In this document: in pieces, positions 1 to 8,276 of the stretch | How positions within the stretch are numbered: the first letter of the stretch is position 1 | How the letters are laid out: each line of letters starts with the position of its first letter | Virus record (IMG/VR): IMGVR_UViG_3300025018_000298 | Location: 1-37,548 of that record | Strand: one strand, 5' to 3' | DNA: 37,548 nucleotides | Source of the DNA: a virus | Lineage: Duplodnaviria; Caudoviricetes | The notes under the pieces: model-generated | Told to the model about the DNA's origin: nothing | The model's database searches: none | What the model saw: the letters and a program-made list of their open reading frames with translations, nothing else | Program-made: the position numbers and the translations under genes

Positions 1-81
1 AAAAAAGGCTGTTTTTTTATACTCAAAAGTAAAAAAAATTTTTTTTTTTTACGTTTAAGTAAAAAAATATTTTTTTTTTAC

Positions 82-109
82 TTGACAAAAAAATAAAAAG
101 TACTATACT
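82..109 (+). promoter_or_regulatory. Sigma70-type early promoter
   Basis: TTGACA (82-87), 16 bp spacer, TATACT (104-109), with A/T tracts upstream; lies in front of the first gene. Confidence 0.7.
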
Positions 110-167
110 CAAAAGTATGAATTCAGGTAGTTTTTTCTATATTTTTACAAAAAAAAGGAGACAAACC

Positions 168-575
168 ATGAACTACTATTACTGTGATACCACAAAGAAA
201 GGATTGTTTGTAGTTGACTGCGCCGATCACGTTTTGAAATTTTTTGAAAACGTATACCCCAGGGATTTAAGGCCTAAAAAGGCCATTGAAGCCGCTCGGT
301 TATTCGTGGCCGGCAAAATAACGGTTAAACAATTGAAGGCCGCTGCCGATGCAGCGTGCAATGCAGCCGATTCAGCCGCTAGTACTAAAGTTGATTCGTC
401 CACCAAATCGGCTAGCCACGCAGCTTTAGCAGCTAGCCACGCAGCCTACGCCATAGGTTGCGGATCGGCGAAGTATGCAAACTGGTCGTTTAATCATGCG
501 ATTTGGGCCACAAAAGATGAGGATTCGGAAAAGTTGTACCAAAATGACTTATTTTTAAATTACATAAACTTGTAA
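168..575 (+). CDS. Imm5-like (putative immunity protein) domain protein, paralogue 1
   Basis: LFVVDCADHVL..FE..YP.D.RPKKAIEAAR motif followed by Ala-rich helices. Start moved to ATG 168, which follows AAGGAGACAAACC. Confidence 0.75.
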   Translation: MNYYYCDTTKKGLFVVDCADHVLKFFENVYPRDLRPKKAIEAARLFVAGKITVKQLKAAADAACNAADSAASTKVDSSTKSASHAALAASHAAYAIGCGSAKYANWSFNHAIWATKDEDSEKLYQNDLFLNYINL

Positions 576-610
576 ATTTTTTTCCATATTTTAAAAAAAG
601 GAGACAAACC

Positions 611-1321
611 ATGCGCTATTTTAAATTTTTAACCGACAAAATGACCGGTGGCCATACAGATTTTGTATGGCCGATTGATGAATGGGTGGCAGTGAGTGGG
701 AAATTAAAATTTTGCGAAAATGGATTTCACATTTTAGCTGAAAAGCACTACTTGCCAGAATGGACTCAATCTCAACTTTTTGAGGTCGAACTAGATCATA
801 AGGCTGGAATTTTAAAATCCGACGATAAGTGGTGTTGTCGAAAAGTTCGACTGGTTAAAAAAATTGACACTTGGAATGAAAAAACGAAAAGATTGTTTGT
901 AGCCGACTGCGCAGCCCATGTTTTAAGTCGGTTTGAAAAATTATATCCGACGGATCGGCGGCCTAGACAAGCTATTGAAGCCGCTCGGTTATTCGCAGCC
1001 GGCAAAATAACTTCTGAGCAATTGAAGGCTGCAGCCGATGCGGCTTACCGAGCAGCCGATGAGGTTGCTGTGTCCCTGACTAACGCCAACGCACATCATG
1101 TTGCAGCCAGCTCCGCGGCTAAGGCGGCTTGGGCAGCAGCTTATGACCCTTCCGGCGACGCAAGTGAGGCGATTAGCCAAGTGGTTCAGGCCACCAGAGA
1201 TGCAATTTGGCTTATCGGCCAGCCGGTTTGGGCGTCACCAAACGTAGACTTTGAACAAAGATGGCAAACCAGACTATTTTTGAACTATGTCGATGGCAAA
1301 CGAGGGATCGGACTAAACTAA
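611..1321 (+). CDS. Imm5-like domain protein with extra N-terminal domain (..CENGFH..), paralogue 2
   Basis: RLFVADCAAHVL..FE..YP.DRRPRQAIEAAR...EQRWQ motif. Same RBS as paralogue 1. Confidence 0.75.
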   Translation: MRYFKFLTDKMTGGHTDFVWPIDEWVAVSGKLKFCENGFHILAEKHYLPEWTQSQLFEVELDHKAGILKSDDKWCCRKVRLVKKIDTWNEKTKRLFVADCAAHVLSRFEKLYPTDRRPRQAIEAARLFAAGKITSEQLKAAADAAYRAADEVAVSLTNANAHHVAASSAAKAAWAAAYDPSGDASEAISQVVQATRDAIWLIGQPVWASPNVDFEQRWQTRLFLNYVDGKRGIGLN

Positions 1322-1474
1322 GTTTTTAAAAAGCCGTCAGGTTACGGTTCTGACACGGCTTTGGACTGGCTGAAGCGGCTTGGGCGGTTAATGAATATAT
1401 AATAGGATCTGAGTCTTTTATTTTAGAGCTTAGCTTACCAGTAGGGATAAACTAAAAAATTGCAGGAGACAAAA

Positions 1475-1549
1475 ATGAAAATATTAATACAAGGAATCTT
1501 ATTTTTTTTATTACTTTACGTCAGTGCAGTAATTTTATTTTTATTTTAA
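1475..1549 (+). CDS. 24-aa hydrophobic membrane peptide MKILIQGILFFLLLYVSAVILFLF (not in ORF track)
   Basis: Translated by hand. AGGAGAC RBS like the neighbouring genes; fills the gap before the next gene. Confidence 0.65.
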   Translation: MKILIQGILFFLLLYVSAVILFLF

Positions 1550-1572
1550 CTTTAATTTAAGGAGACAGAAAA

Positions 1573-2523
1573 ATGAAAACCATAAAATTTACAGGTAACG
1601 AATCGATAGCAGAGGCGTGCGATAAGTTGTACCCTGAGAGCCTACTAAAAATAGAAAATGCAGCTATTTTTAGAGACGACTCAGGCAAAGTTGTGGAGTT
1701 TAAAGGATTAAAAAAATCATGTTCTATACTCAGATCCGATGGAGTTGAAATTGGAAGTGTAGGCCCGGATTATTTTTTGGAACAGCCTTTAGAAGTTCTA
1801 CAAAATACTTTTGGAGTATTTTTAGAGTCCGGTGAGGTAATGTTAGAGCAAGGCATAGTGTCCCACCATGGCGCGAGAATGAGTGTAACGGGTCGCGTTA
1901 AAGGTACGGAAATCGATGTTGTGAGTGGGGATACAATATCCGCACAAATTAGGATCAGTACATCCTTTGATGGAAGTTTGAGTAATACTACTTCATTTAA
2001 CGGCAAACGCTGGATATGTGGGAATGAGATTGAATTTGTAACTATAAAAGATGCGGCGGGATATAAACTGCAAAAAATCGGGATTAGTAAAGCCAACAAT
2101 GCTTTTAAGTTAAAACATTCCAAAAATTTTAAGGATAGGCGTAATGCAGCTATGGGCTACCTGATTAAAGTTAAAGCTATCTTTAACGAATCCGTGGATT
2201 TATATAAACAATTAGCAAAGCAGTCCATGACCGACAATGAGCAAAGAATATACTTTGAAGATGTATTTAAAAATAATTCTAAAACTGAATCGGATGAATT
2301 GAATAGTAAAATTGAGCAGAAAATTCAGTATGTTATAAATATTAGAGATACTACGCGAGAACAGGAATTACTTCCGATGCATAATACTAGGTGGGAAGCA
2401 TACAACTCAGTTACTAACTATTTAACTCACCACTACGGCAAAACTGCGGACACCAGACATGCCGCTATAACATATGGTCGTAACGTAAATGTGTCCCAAA
2501 ATGCGCTTTTAAAATTAATGTAA
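1573..2523 (+). CDS. DUF932/DUF945-family phage/plasmid protein
   Basis: Motifs G.VG.DY...Q, TSFDGS, R.ICGN, KHS and T.WEAYNSVT.Y..H; TAAGGAG RBS. Confidence 0.85.
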   Translation: MKTIKFTGNESIAEACDKLYPESLLKIENAAIFRDDSGKVVEFKGLKKSCSILRSDGVEIGSVGPDYFLEQPLEVLQNTFGVFLESGEVMLEQGIVSHHGARMSVTGRVKGTEIDVVSGDTISAQIRISTSFDGSLSNTTSFNGKRWICGNEIEFVTIKDAAGYKLQKIGISKANNAFKLKHSKNFKDRRNAAMGYLIKVKAIFNESVDLYKQLAKQSMTDNEQRIYFEDVFKNNSKTESDELNSKIEQKIQYVINIRDTTREQELLPMHNTRWEAYNSVTNYLTHHYGKTADTRHAAITYGRNVNVSQNALLKLM

Positions 2524-2541
2524 AAATAAGGAGAAAATACT

Positions 2542-3036
2542 ATGGAAATGGAAAGTGAGAATTTTTTAGACACGTTAAAACAACGTGTTTTAGACACGGG
2601 ATTAGGCAACAGCAAATTATCGGAAGTTCCTGAAGTTCCTGAAAATAAAGACATAATATGTCGCTTAGGAATGTATAAATCAGGTAATGAAGCCGTAGAG
2701 TTAATTTTTTCAGGGCCGATAAGTAAAAATATTTCTAAAGCATTAAAAGAATCCTTTTTCAGTTATGACTATACAGATCAAATTTGGCGATCAAAACGAC
2801 AGGACACACAGGTGAGGATCGCCAAAAAATTAGCGAATAAAGACTTGATCGGGTCTTGGTTGCCAGAGGAATTGAACACATATAAAAAACCGGTACCTAA
2901 AGTAAATGTTACTAGATCCGGGGATGGCACGTTAAAAGAATATAGGGCTGCATTGCAAGAATTAGCGGAGTGCTGGAATTGTGATAGCACTACAGCTATG
3001 ATTAAAGCTGTGATTGATACGGCTAAAAATTTATAG
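2542..3036 (+). CDS. Hypothetical early protein
   Basis: 164-aa ORF with TAAGGAG RBS, followed by a terminator-like hairpin. Confidence 0.7.
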   Translation: MEMESENFLDTLKQRVLDTGLGNSKLSEVPEVPENKDIICRLGMYKSGNEAVELIFSGPISKNISKALKESFFSYDYTDQIWRSKRQDTQVRIAKKLANKDLIGSWLPEELNTYKKPVPKVNVTRSGDGTLKEYRAALQELAECWNCDSTTAMIKAVIDTAKNL

Positions 3037-3041
3037 GTTTT

Positions 3042-3088
3042 AAATTTAGGCGGTTAAGTATAAAAATTTAACCGCCTAAATTTTATTG
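3042..3088 (+). terminator. Intrinsic terminator of the first early operon
   Basis: Perfect 16-bp inverted repeat AAATTTAGGCGGTTAA (3042-3057) / TTAACCGCCTAAATTT (3068-3083) running into a T-rich tract. Confidence 0.8.
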
Positions 3089-3133
3089 TTGACATTTTAA
3101 TAAATTACTAACTAGTATTGTTACTAACTAGTA
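3089..3133 (+). promoter_or_regulatory. Sigma70-type promoter overlapped by a repeated operator-like motif
   Basis: TTGACA 3089-3094 and TAGTAT 3113-3118 (18 bp spacer). TTACTAACTAGTA occurs at 3105-3117 and 3121-3133. Confidence 0.6.
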
Positions 3134-3153
3134 ATTTATTAAAATGAGGTAAT

Positions 3154-3594
3154 ATGCAAAAAACAGAATTTGAGAAACCCGAACAATACCGAGCATTAAA
3201 TAGCCTAGTGATTGCTGCCCCTATAGACAAAGATGAAATAAGTGCTGCGGGTATAGTTTTAGCTGATGGAAATCGAGAGACTGTACCGTACCGAGCGCTA
3301 GTTTTAGCTTGCCCCACTCAATTGTTACGCGATGGATTGTTGCCTGGTGACACTGTTTTATATGCTGCTCAAACCAGATCAACGCTAACAATAAAATTTA
3401 AACCTACTATTCAAGCTAAAGAATTAGTAGCAATACCGCCGGCCTGCATAGTAACTTACGTAGCGGCAAGTGTTGAGACTAGAAAACAAGCCATTAAAGA
3501 CTTAGCCGAATTGTATGAGACTGAATTATTAAGTTTGTTGAAAGGCTTAGGAAATTTAGAGATTAAGGAAATTCAAAATATTTGGAACTATTGA
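3154..3594 (+). CDS. GroES/Cpn10-like co-chaperonin with C-terminal extension
   Basis: RALNSLVI...EISAAGIVLAD (mobile-loop-like), ALVLAC, LLPGDTVLY follow the Cpn10 pattern. Confidence 0.7.
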   Translation: MQKTEFEKPEQYRALNSLVIAAPIDKDEISAAGIVLADGNRETVPYRALVLACPTQLLRDGLLPGDTVLYAAQTRSTLTIKFKPTIQAKELVAIPPACIVTYVAASVETRKQAIKDLAELYETELLSLLKGLGNLEIKEIQNIWNY

Positions 3595-3629
3595 ACTGTG
3601 GCATTGAACACATTTAACGAGGTAATAAT

Positions 3630-3905
3630 ATGGTTAATGAGTTAAAATCTAAGAAACTTATAGCGAGAAAAAATCTTAAGATTAAAATTGGTAATAACAT
3701 CAGGCAGTTAAGGAAAAATAAAAAATGGTCTCAAAAAGATGTATGTATAAAAGCTAAACTTAGTACTGGTCAATTAACGCACTATGAGAAATACCGGCGC
3801 TTGCCGAGTATTGTCGCTCTATATAAGCTATCCAAAATTTTTAAGGTAAGCATAGATTATATAGTCACAGGGGTGGAAAATGATGACAGTATTGGAGTGG
3901 GTTGA
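3630..3905 (+). CDS. XRE/Cro-C1 helix-turn-helix regulator
   Basis: IGNNIRQLRK.KKWSQKDV...LS...LTHYE...R.PS...LYKLSKIF.VSIDYIVTG. Confidence 0.92.
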   Translation: MVNELKSKKLIARKNLKIKIGNNIRQLRKNKKWSQKDVCIKAKLSTGQLTHYEKYRRLPSIVALYKLSKIFKVSIDYIVTGVENDDSIGVG

Positions 3906-4128
3906 GAGCTATGGGAATCGTGGTCTTATTTATGTTGGCGTACTTTCTTGTCATGATGTTCCATTTTTCATGGCTGAGCGTATTAATTTGTATGATTTTA
4001 TTTTTGATGGTGATTGGCAGTTAGGGGTGGGTGAAGTATTTGATGAAGGTATGTACATAGCGGATAATTATGCAGGAAATAAAGTATTAACATTTATACC
4101 TAATGAACTGTTAAAATTTACATGCTAA
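3880..4128 (+). CDS. Hypothetical protein
   Basis: 82-aa ORF overlapping the end of the XRE gene; GGGGTGG upstream. Confidence 0.6.
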   Translation: MMTVLEWVESYGNRGLIYVGVLSCHDVPFFMAERINLYDFIFDGDWQLGVGEVFDEGMYIADNYAGNKVLTFIPNELLKFTC

Positions 4129-4154
4129 AGAAATTATTAATAGAGTAGAGCGTA

Positions 4155-4364
4155 ATGTCGATCTTAAAAAGAAAAAAAATAATTGGCATAGCTTTAAATA
4201 CTCATGAATATAATATGTTTAAACAGGCGTGCAGTATATTATCTAGACGGGCTTATACTAATGATAAGCCTACTACTATGGCGCGTAAACTTTTATTACA
4301 AATGTGTGATAAGTTAATTAAAGTTGAGAATACTGAGTACATCTACAGAAGTAAACGAGAATGA
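4155..4364 (+). CDS. Small basic protein, possibly RHH-like DNA-binding
   Basis: Beta-strand IIGIAL followed by two predicted helices. Confidence 0.5.
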   Translation: MSILKRKKIIGIALNTHEYNMFKQACSILSRRAYTNDKPTTMARKLLLQMCDKLIKVENTEYIYRSKRE

Positions 4365-4403
4365 ATGACGAAGATTTTGATTTTGAGTTAAGTCAGATAA
4401 GAC

Positions 4404-6797
4404 TTACAAGTCTTCTTGTTCTAAAAAATCCGCGGGTACAAAAGATTCCCCTAATTTACCCCTACCCCCTCGACTAATAGGACTTACTCTAGTTAACCTA
4501 CCATCATCTAATAAGCCATCTAATACTTCTCTTAAATGCCGGCGGTATTTAACACCTGTAAAATTTCTAGCTATAGTCCGGTAACTAACAGGGCCTTTAG
4601 ATTTAACACAATTTTTAAGTATATATTTATATAGTTTATTTTCCGTAACTTTAAATTCGGATATTCCTAAATTCTTCCAAGCGTACTCTCTTAAAGCAGT
4701 TACTCTACTTTCTACAATCTCTATACAATACTCTACAAGATGTTTATCTATGTAAGATTCTTGAGTTAAGGTAGTAGCTAGTCTTCCTACCTGCTCTGCT
4801 CCTCTTGTATATAATCCTTCAAATCCTCTATCTTTATCTAATTCACGAGACGCTAAGTCGTCTAGTTTATCAGTAAATTTATCTAATAATTCTAGAGCAT
4901 CAGTTTTAAAAGTTATAACTCTTTTAGAGGCATTAGACCTTTTCTTTAAGAGATTATCTATCTTAGCTATAAGTAATTTCTTCTTTTCCGGTTTTTCTTC
5001 ACTAGCTACTTCTAATTTTAACTTATGTAAAGTATCCTCATCTTCCAATGTAATTATCCTCGACTCAGTTAATAATTCTCGTAATTCCTGCATTACATTG
5101 GGCGGGAAGGTTTCTGCCGGCTTGAATTCGGGATTACGTACACGTTTCACCATGTGAGTAAAAACTATAAATCTCTGTAATAATCCATCTTGAATGGACT
5201 TAGTAGTAAATGCTTCTGATAGAGTATGTATTACACCGTAAGCTATTAAATTTAGTCTAGGGTAATGCAATATAGTAGGTTTAATTTTTTTATCCCCCGT
5301 GTACCCTGTGGAAAAGTTAGGTATATTAGTTTTAGAATATAATTCTAATAATAAATCTTTAACTATTTTTATGTGATGGGGTGTATTTTTTTCATTTAAG
5401 GATGCTAACAATCCTTCGGCTTCATCTAAATCTAATAAACCATTAGAATTATGCTTTTCTAAAAATAATTCTATACCCCTGGCAGATCTTATTTTAGAAG
5501 CGGCTACATCAGGGATACCTAAAGCATTTAAAGCATGGTTATTTACTTCTTGCGGATAACTTTTACCTGCTCCTGTAGGAGCTAAGCATAGAAAATAATT
5601 AGTTGGGGCGTGACCTAATTCAGAAGTAATATAAGGTGCTTTTAGTGTACCGAGTAATGCTGCTGCGGCAGCGAAAGCAAACGATGGTACAGGATATCTA
5701 GAATTTAAAGTAGTATGCTTAACCATATCCCCAACTATGCCCGGACAGTGAAAAAAGAAACTATCTGCTAATGCAAAGGCGTTATCTTCACGTTCTTCTA
5801 CCGAATCAAGTATAGTAGGTACAACGGCTAATAGAGCTTTATTAGCTAAATTTACAGCATCTTTAACTGTCCGTAGAACTTCTTTCCTGCGACTTCCGCC
5901 TAATAAAAATGCATGAGGATTCTCGAAATTTTTTAGTATAAATCCGTCAACTGCATCCAGTGTTTTTTCTAATGATAAACTATCGCCTTGAAAATCATTA
6001 GCTACCGACAAAGCATAATTTCTAAACGCTTCATGCCGTTCACCTGCACTGATTTTATAATTCGGATAAGAGTACGTAGAGTAATCTTTACTAGATTTAA
6101 AAAATTCAGATGCCCCCGTTTTAATGAATAGTTCATCTAACGTGTAAAGTTGATGATAATTCTGCTTAATTATCTCAATTTGAAACGGTTCTTTCTTTTG
6201 ATGTAAAAAACCTGGTACACGCATAAGTTGGGTAATATCATGCATAGTTTTATCCATACCAAAGTCTTGAGATAAATCCCCTAACCATCCAAAACACCGT
6301 TGTATAGCCTGCCATTTTGGTTTGTCAGCTATAGACGTAGGTTCTAGTAAAAAATAAAAATGGAATTTTTTAGGAGAGGTTTGAACTGCTATATGCGGCT
6401 TAATCCCACATTTATTAATAAAAGCTATTACATTGTTAGGGTCACAATTATCAGTATCACAAAAACAAGCACTCAAATTAATAATATTCTCATTCCTAGA
6501 TGCATTAGGTTGAGCGTCACTAGTAATACCGTTTGATTCGTTTACAAGAAAGTACACGGCACGTCTAAAACGTTGTAATTCAGCTAATTCAAGAAAAAAC
6601 TCATGATCCATTTCTTCTAAAGTAAGGCTATGGGCTACTTTAGGTTTACCCTGTTTTGAGTATTTTGTGGATTTAAAATGAGGTAAGTCAAACCCTCTGA
6701 TTGGTGCATTAGGCTCTGGAATAGTTGCTATGGTTATCAGCTCGTAATTAAAACGTTCTAAGAATTTTTTAGCAACTATAGGGTTAATTTTTGGCAT
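4404..6797 (-). CDS. Primase-helicase: RepB'-type AEP primase + PriCT-like helical domain + DUF3987 P-loop ATPase + C-terminal winged helix
   Basis: FCDTD, VQTSPKKFHFYF, D...HD.TQLMRVPGFLHQK, GERH, Walker A APTGAGKS, Walker B LDLDE, DGLLQRF. Confidence 0.85.
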   Translation of the reverse strand: MPKINPIVAKKFLERFNYELITIATIPEPNAPIRGFDLPHFKSTKYSKQGKPKVAHSLTLEEMDHEFFLELAELQRFRRAVYFLVNESNGITSDAQPNASRNENIINLSACFCDTDNCDPNNVIAFINKCGIKPHIAVQTSPKKFHFYFLLEPTSIADKPKWQAIQRCFGWLGDLSQDFGMDKTMHDITQLMRVPGFLHQKKEPFQIEIIKQNYHQLYTLDELFIKTGASEFFKSSKDYSTYSYPNYKISAGERHEAFRNYALSVANDFQGDSLSLEKTLDAVDGFILKNFENPHAFLLGGSRRKEVLRTVKDAVNLANKALLAVVPTILDSVEEREDNAFALADSFFFHCPGIVGDMVKHTTLNSRYPVPSFAFAAAAALLGTLKAPYITSELGHAPTNYFLCLAPTGAGKSYPQEVNNHALNALGIPDVAASKIRSARGIELFLEKHNSNGLLDLDEAEGLLASLNEKNTPHHIKIVKDLLLELYSKTNIPNFSTGYTGDKKIKPTILHYPRLNLIAYGVIHTLSEAFTTKSIQDGLLQRFIVFTHMVKRVRNPEFKPAETFPPNVMQELRELLTESRIITLEDEDTLHKLKLEVASEEKPEKKKLLIAKIDNLLKKRSNASKRVITFKTDALELLDKFTDKLDDLASRELDKDRGFEGLYTRGAEQVGRLATTLTQESYIDKHLVEYCIEIVESRVTALREYAWKNLGISEFKVTENKLYKYILKNCVKSKGPVSYRTIARNFTGVKYRRHLREVLDGLLDDGRLTRVSPISRGGRGKLGESFVPADFLEQEDL

Positions 6798-6960
6798 TAT
6801 TAATAACCTTTCGAACTATACGCCTAACTAGCTCTCCCTTGGATACTCCTTTCTTTTTTGAAAGCATTAGAATTTTATCGTGTAAATCTACAGGCCAAGC
6901 AATTCCAAAGATTATCCATCCGGAAGATGTAGTAGTGTTAAATTTATTTTTTTTCTTCAT
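6784..6960 (-). CDS. 58-aa ribbon-helix-helix (Arc/CopG-like) regulator (not in ORF track)
   Basis: Hand translation: MKKKNKFNTTTSSGWIIFGIAWPVDLHDKILMLSKKKGVSKGELVRRIVRKVINNAKN. RHH pattern P..L...I..L....GVS..ELVR; overlaps the primase start by 14 nt. Confidence 0.8.
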   Translation of the reverse strand: MKKKNKFNTTTSSGWIIFGIAWPVDLHDKILMLSKKKGVSKGELVRRIVRKVINNAKN

Positions 6961-6962
6961 TT

Positions 6963-7017
6963 TTTTATTGTTGACAGACAGTTAATTTTTATGCTTTAGT
7001 TGTTTTGTTGTCAACAA
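6963..7017. promoter_or_regulatory. Overlapping divergent promoters between the RHH-primase and helicase operons
   Basis: TTGACA on + (6971-6976) and on - (7009-7014), within the inverted repeat TTGTTGACA/TGTCAACAA. The -10 boxes are imperfect. Confidence 0.6.
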
Positions 7018-7049
7018 AATATTTTTTAATTTTTACACCGGAAAGTAAG

Positions 7050-8276
7050 ATGCCTATTTTAATGCCTCACCAAGTTACTGGCAAGGACTTTTTAAAAAGT
7101 AAACGAATAGCTTACTTAGGAGACGTAATGGGTATCGGTAAGACTGCCCAAGCAATTGTAGCAGCTAAAGAATTAATTCAAGAGAAAGATGCGAGAAACA
7201 AAGTATTAATAGTTTACCCTGCTCATTTAGAATTGAACTGGATGAATGAGCTAGAATTTTGGCAATGTAATTTTGATGTAACTTTATGCTCCTACTCCTC
7301 GTTACATAAAATTAAGGATAACAAGTATGATATAATTATCGCGGATGAAGCCCATTATGTTAAAAATCATTCAGCTAAAAGAACTAAGCTATTCTATCAA
7401 TTGGCTACAAAAACTAAGTATGTTTGGTTGCTTTCGGGCACACCTATTACTCGGTGTACTGTGGATTTATACCCATTCTTAAAATTTGCAGGCGTATTTC
7501 CAGGCAGTTATTATCAATTTGCGGACCGTTATGCTGAAACTAAAATAGAGCGTATTAGGGGCAGGCTCATAAAAAAATATTTTGGGGGTAAAAATTTAAA
7601 AGAACTGAAAGAATTATTTACTCCTCTAATGCTTCGACGGTTTAATAATGAAGTTAAATTACCTGATAAAGTACATAATGAGGTTGTTCTCGCTAAAGAA
7701 TTTACAAGTAAATACGAACCATACATGGAATCTGTAAGTGAAATTATAAGTAACAGAAGTGCTGGAAACTTTGCAGGTATAGAGCGTGTAGCTATATCTA
7801 CATTACGCAGAGAATTAGGGGTAAGCAAAGTTGAATCGGGCTTAGCCTTTATTACAGGTATAACCAGAGAAACCAGCGAACAAGTCATTCTATTTGCGTA
7901 TCATCGAGACGTAATAAAATTACTCGGAGAAGGTATAGATAAATCTGGTGGAACCTTTAGTGCAATACTAGGAGGACAGACTGTCAAAGAACGAAGTAAG
8001 ATTTTAAAAGACTGGAAGACCGGTAAAATTCAATATTTAATTATAAGTATAGAGGCGGCATCGACTGGATTAAATTTAACTGAGGCATCGAAGGCATTTT
8101 TTATTGAGCTACCGTGGAATCCTGATACATTAGAACAAGCCATAGGCCGTATACATAGGATCGGTCAAAAAGAAGTAACCAATATTTTCTTCCTATTAAA
8201 ATCTAACAGTTTTGATTATGCTGTCAAAAGAATAATTTTAGATAAAAGAAAGGTAATTAATTATGTCACAGACTAA
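7050..8276 (+). CDS. SNF2-family (SF2) helicase
   Basis: GDVMGIGKT, IADEAH, LLSGTP, STGLNL, QAIGRIHRIGQ. ATG 7050 preferred over TTG 7005. Confidence 0.92.
   Translation: MPILMPHQVTGKDFLKSKRIAYLGDVMGIGKTAQAIVAAKELIQEKDARNKVLIVYPAHLELNWMNELEFWQCNFDVTLCSYSSLHKIKDNKYDIIIADEAHYVKNHSAKRTKLFYQLATKTKYVWLLSGTPITRCTVDLYPFLKFAGVFPGSYYQFADRYAETKIERIRGRLIKKYFGGKNLKELKELFTPLMLRRFNNEVKLPDKVHNEVVLAKEFTSKYEPYMESVSEIISNRSAGNFAGIERVAISTLRRELGVSKVESGLAFITGITRETSEQVILFAYHRDVIKLLGEGIDKSGGTFSAILGGQTVKERSKILKDWKTGKIQYLIISIEAASTGLNLTEASKAFFIELPWNPDTLEQAIGRIHRIGQKEVTNIFFLLKSNSFDYAVKRIILDKRKVINYVTD

Noticed and set aside
168-1392. Diversity-generating retroelement behind the Imm5-like duplication
   Set aside because: No reverse transcriptase is present and the differences are not adenine-specific.
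3630-3905. Lysogeny module
   Set aside because: The XRE gene has no integrase, ParA or divergent cI/cro pair nearby, so a temperate lifestyle is unsupported.
4361-4477. 38-aa ORF coupled by ATGA to gene 4155-4364
   Set aside because: Most of it overlaps the primase 3' end in antisense and it has no recognisable motif; unresolved.
6791-6985. + strand 64-aa ORF
   Set aside because: It is the antisense shadow of the RHH gene at 6784-6960.
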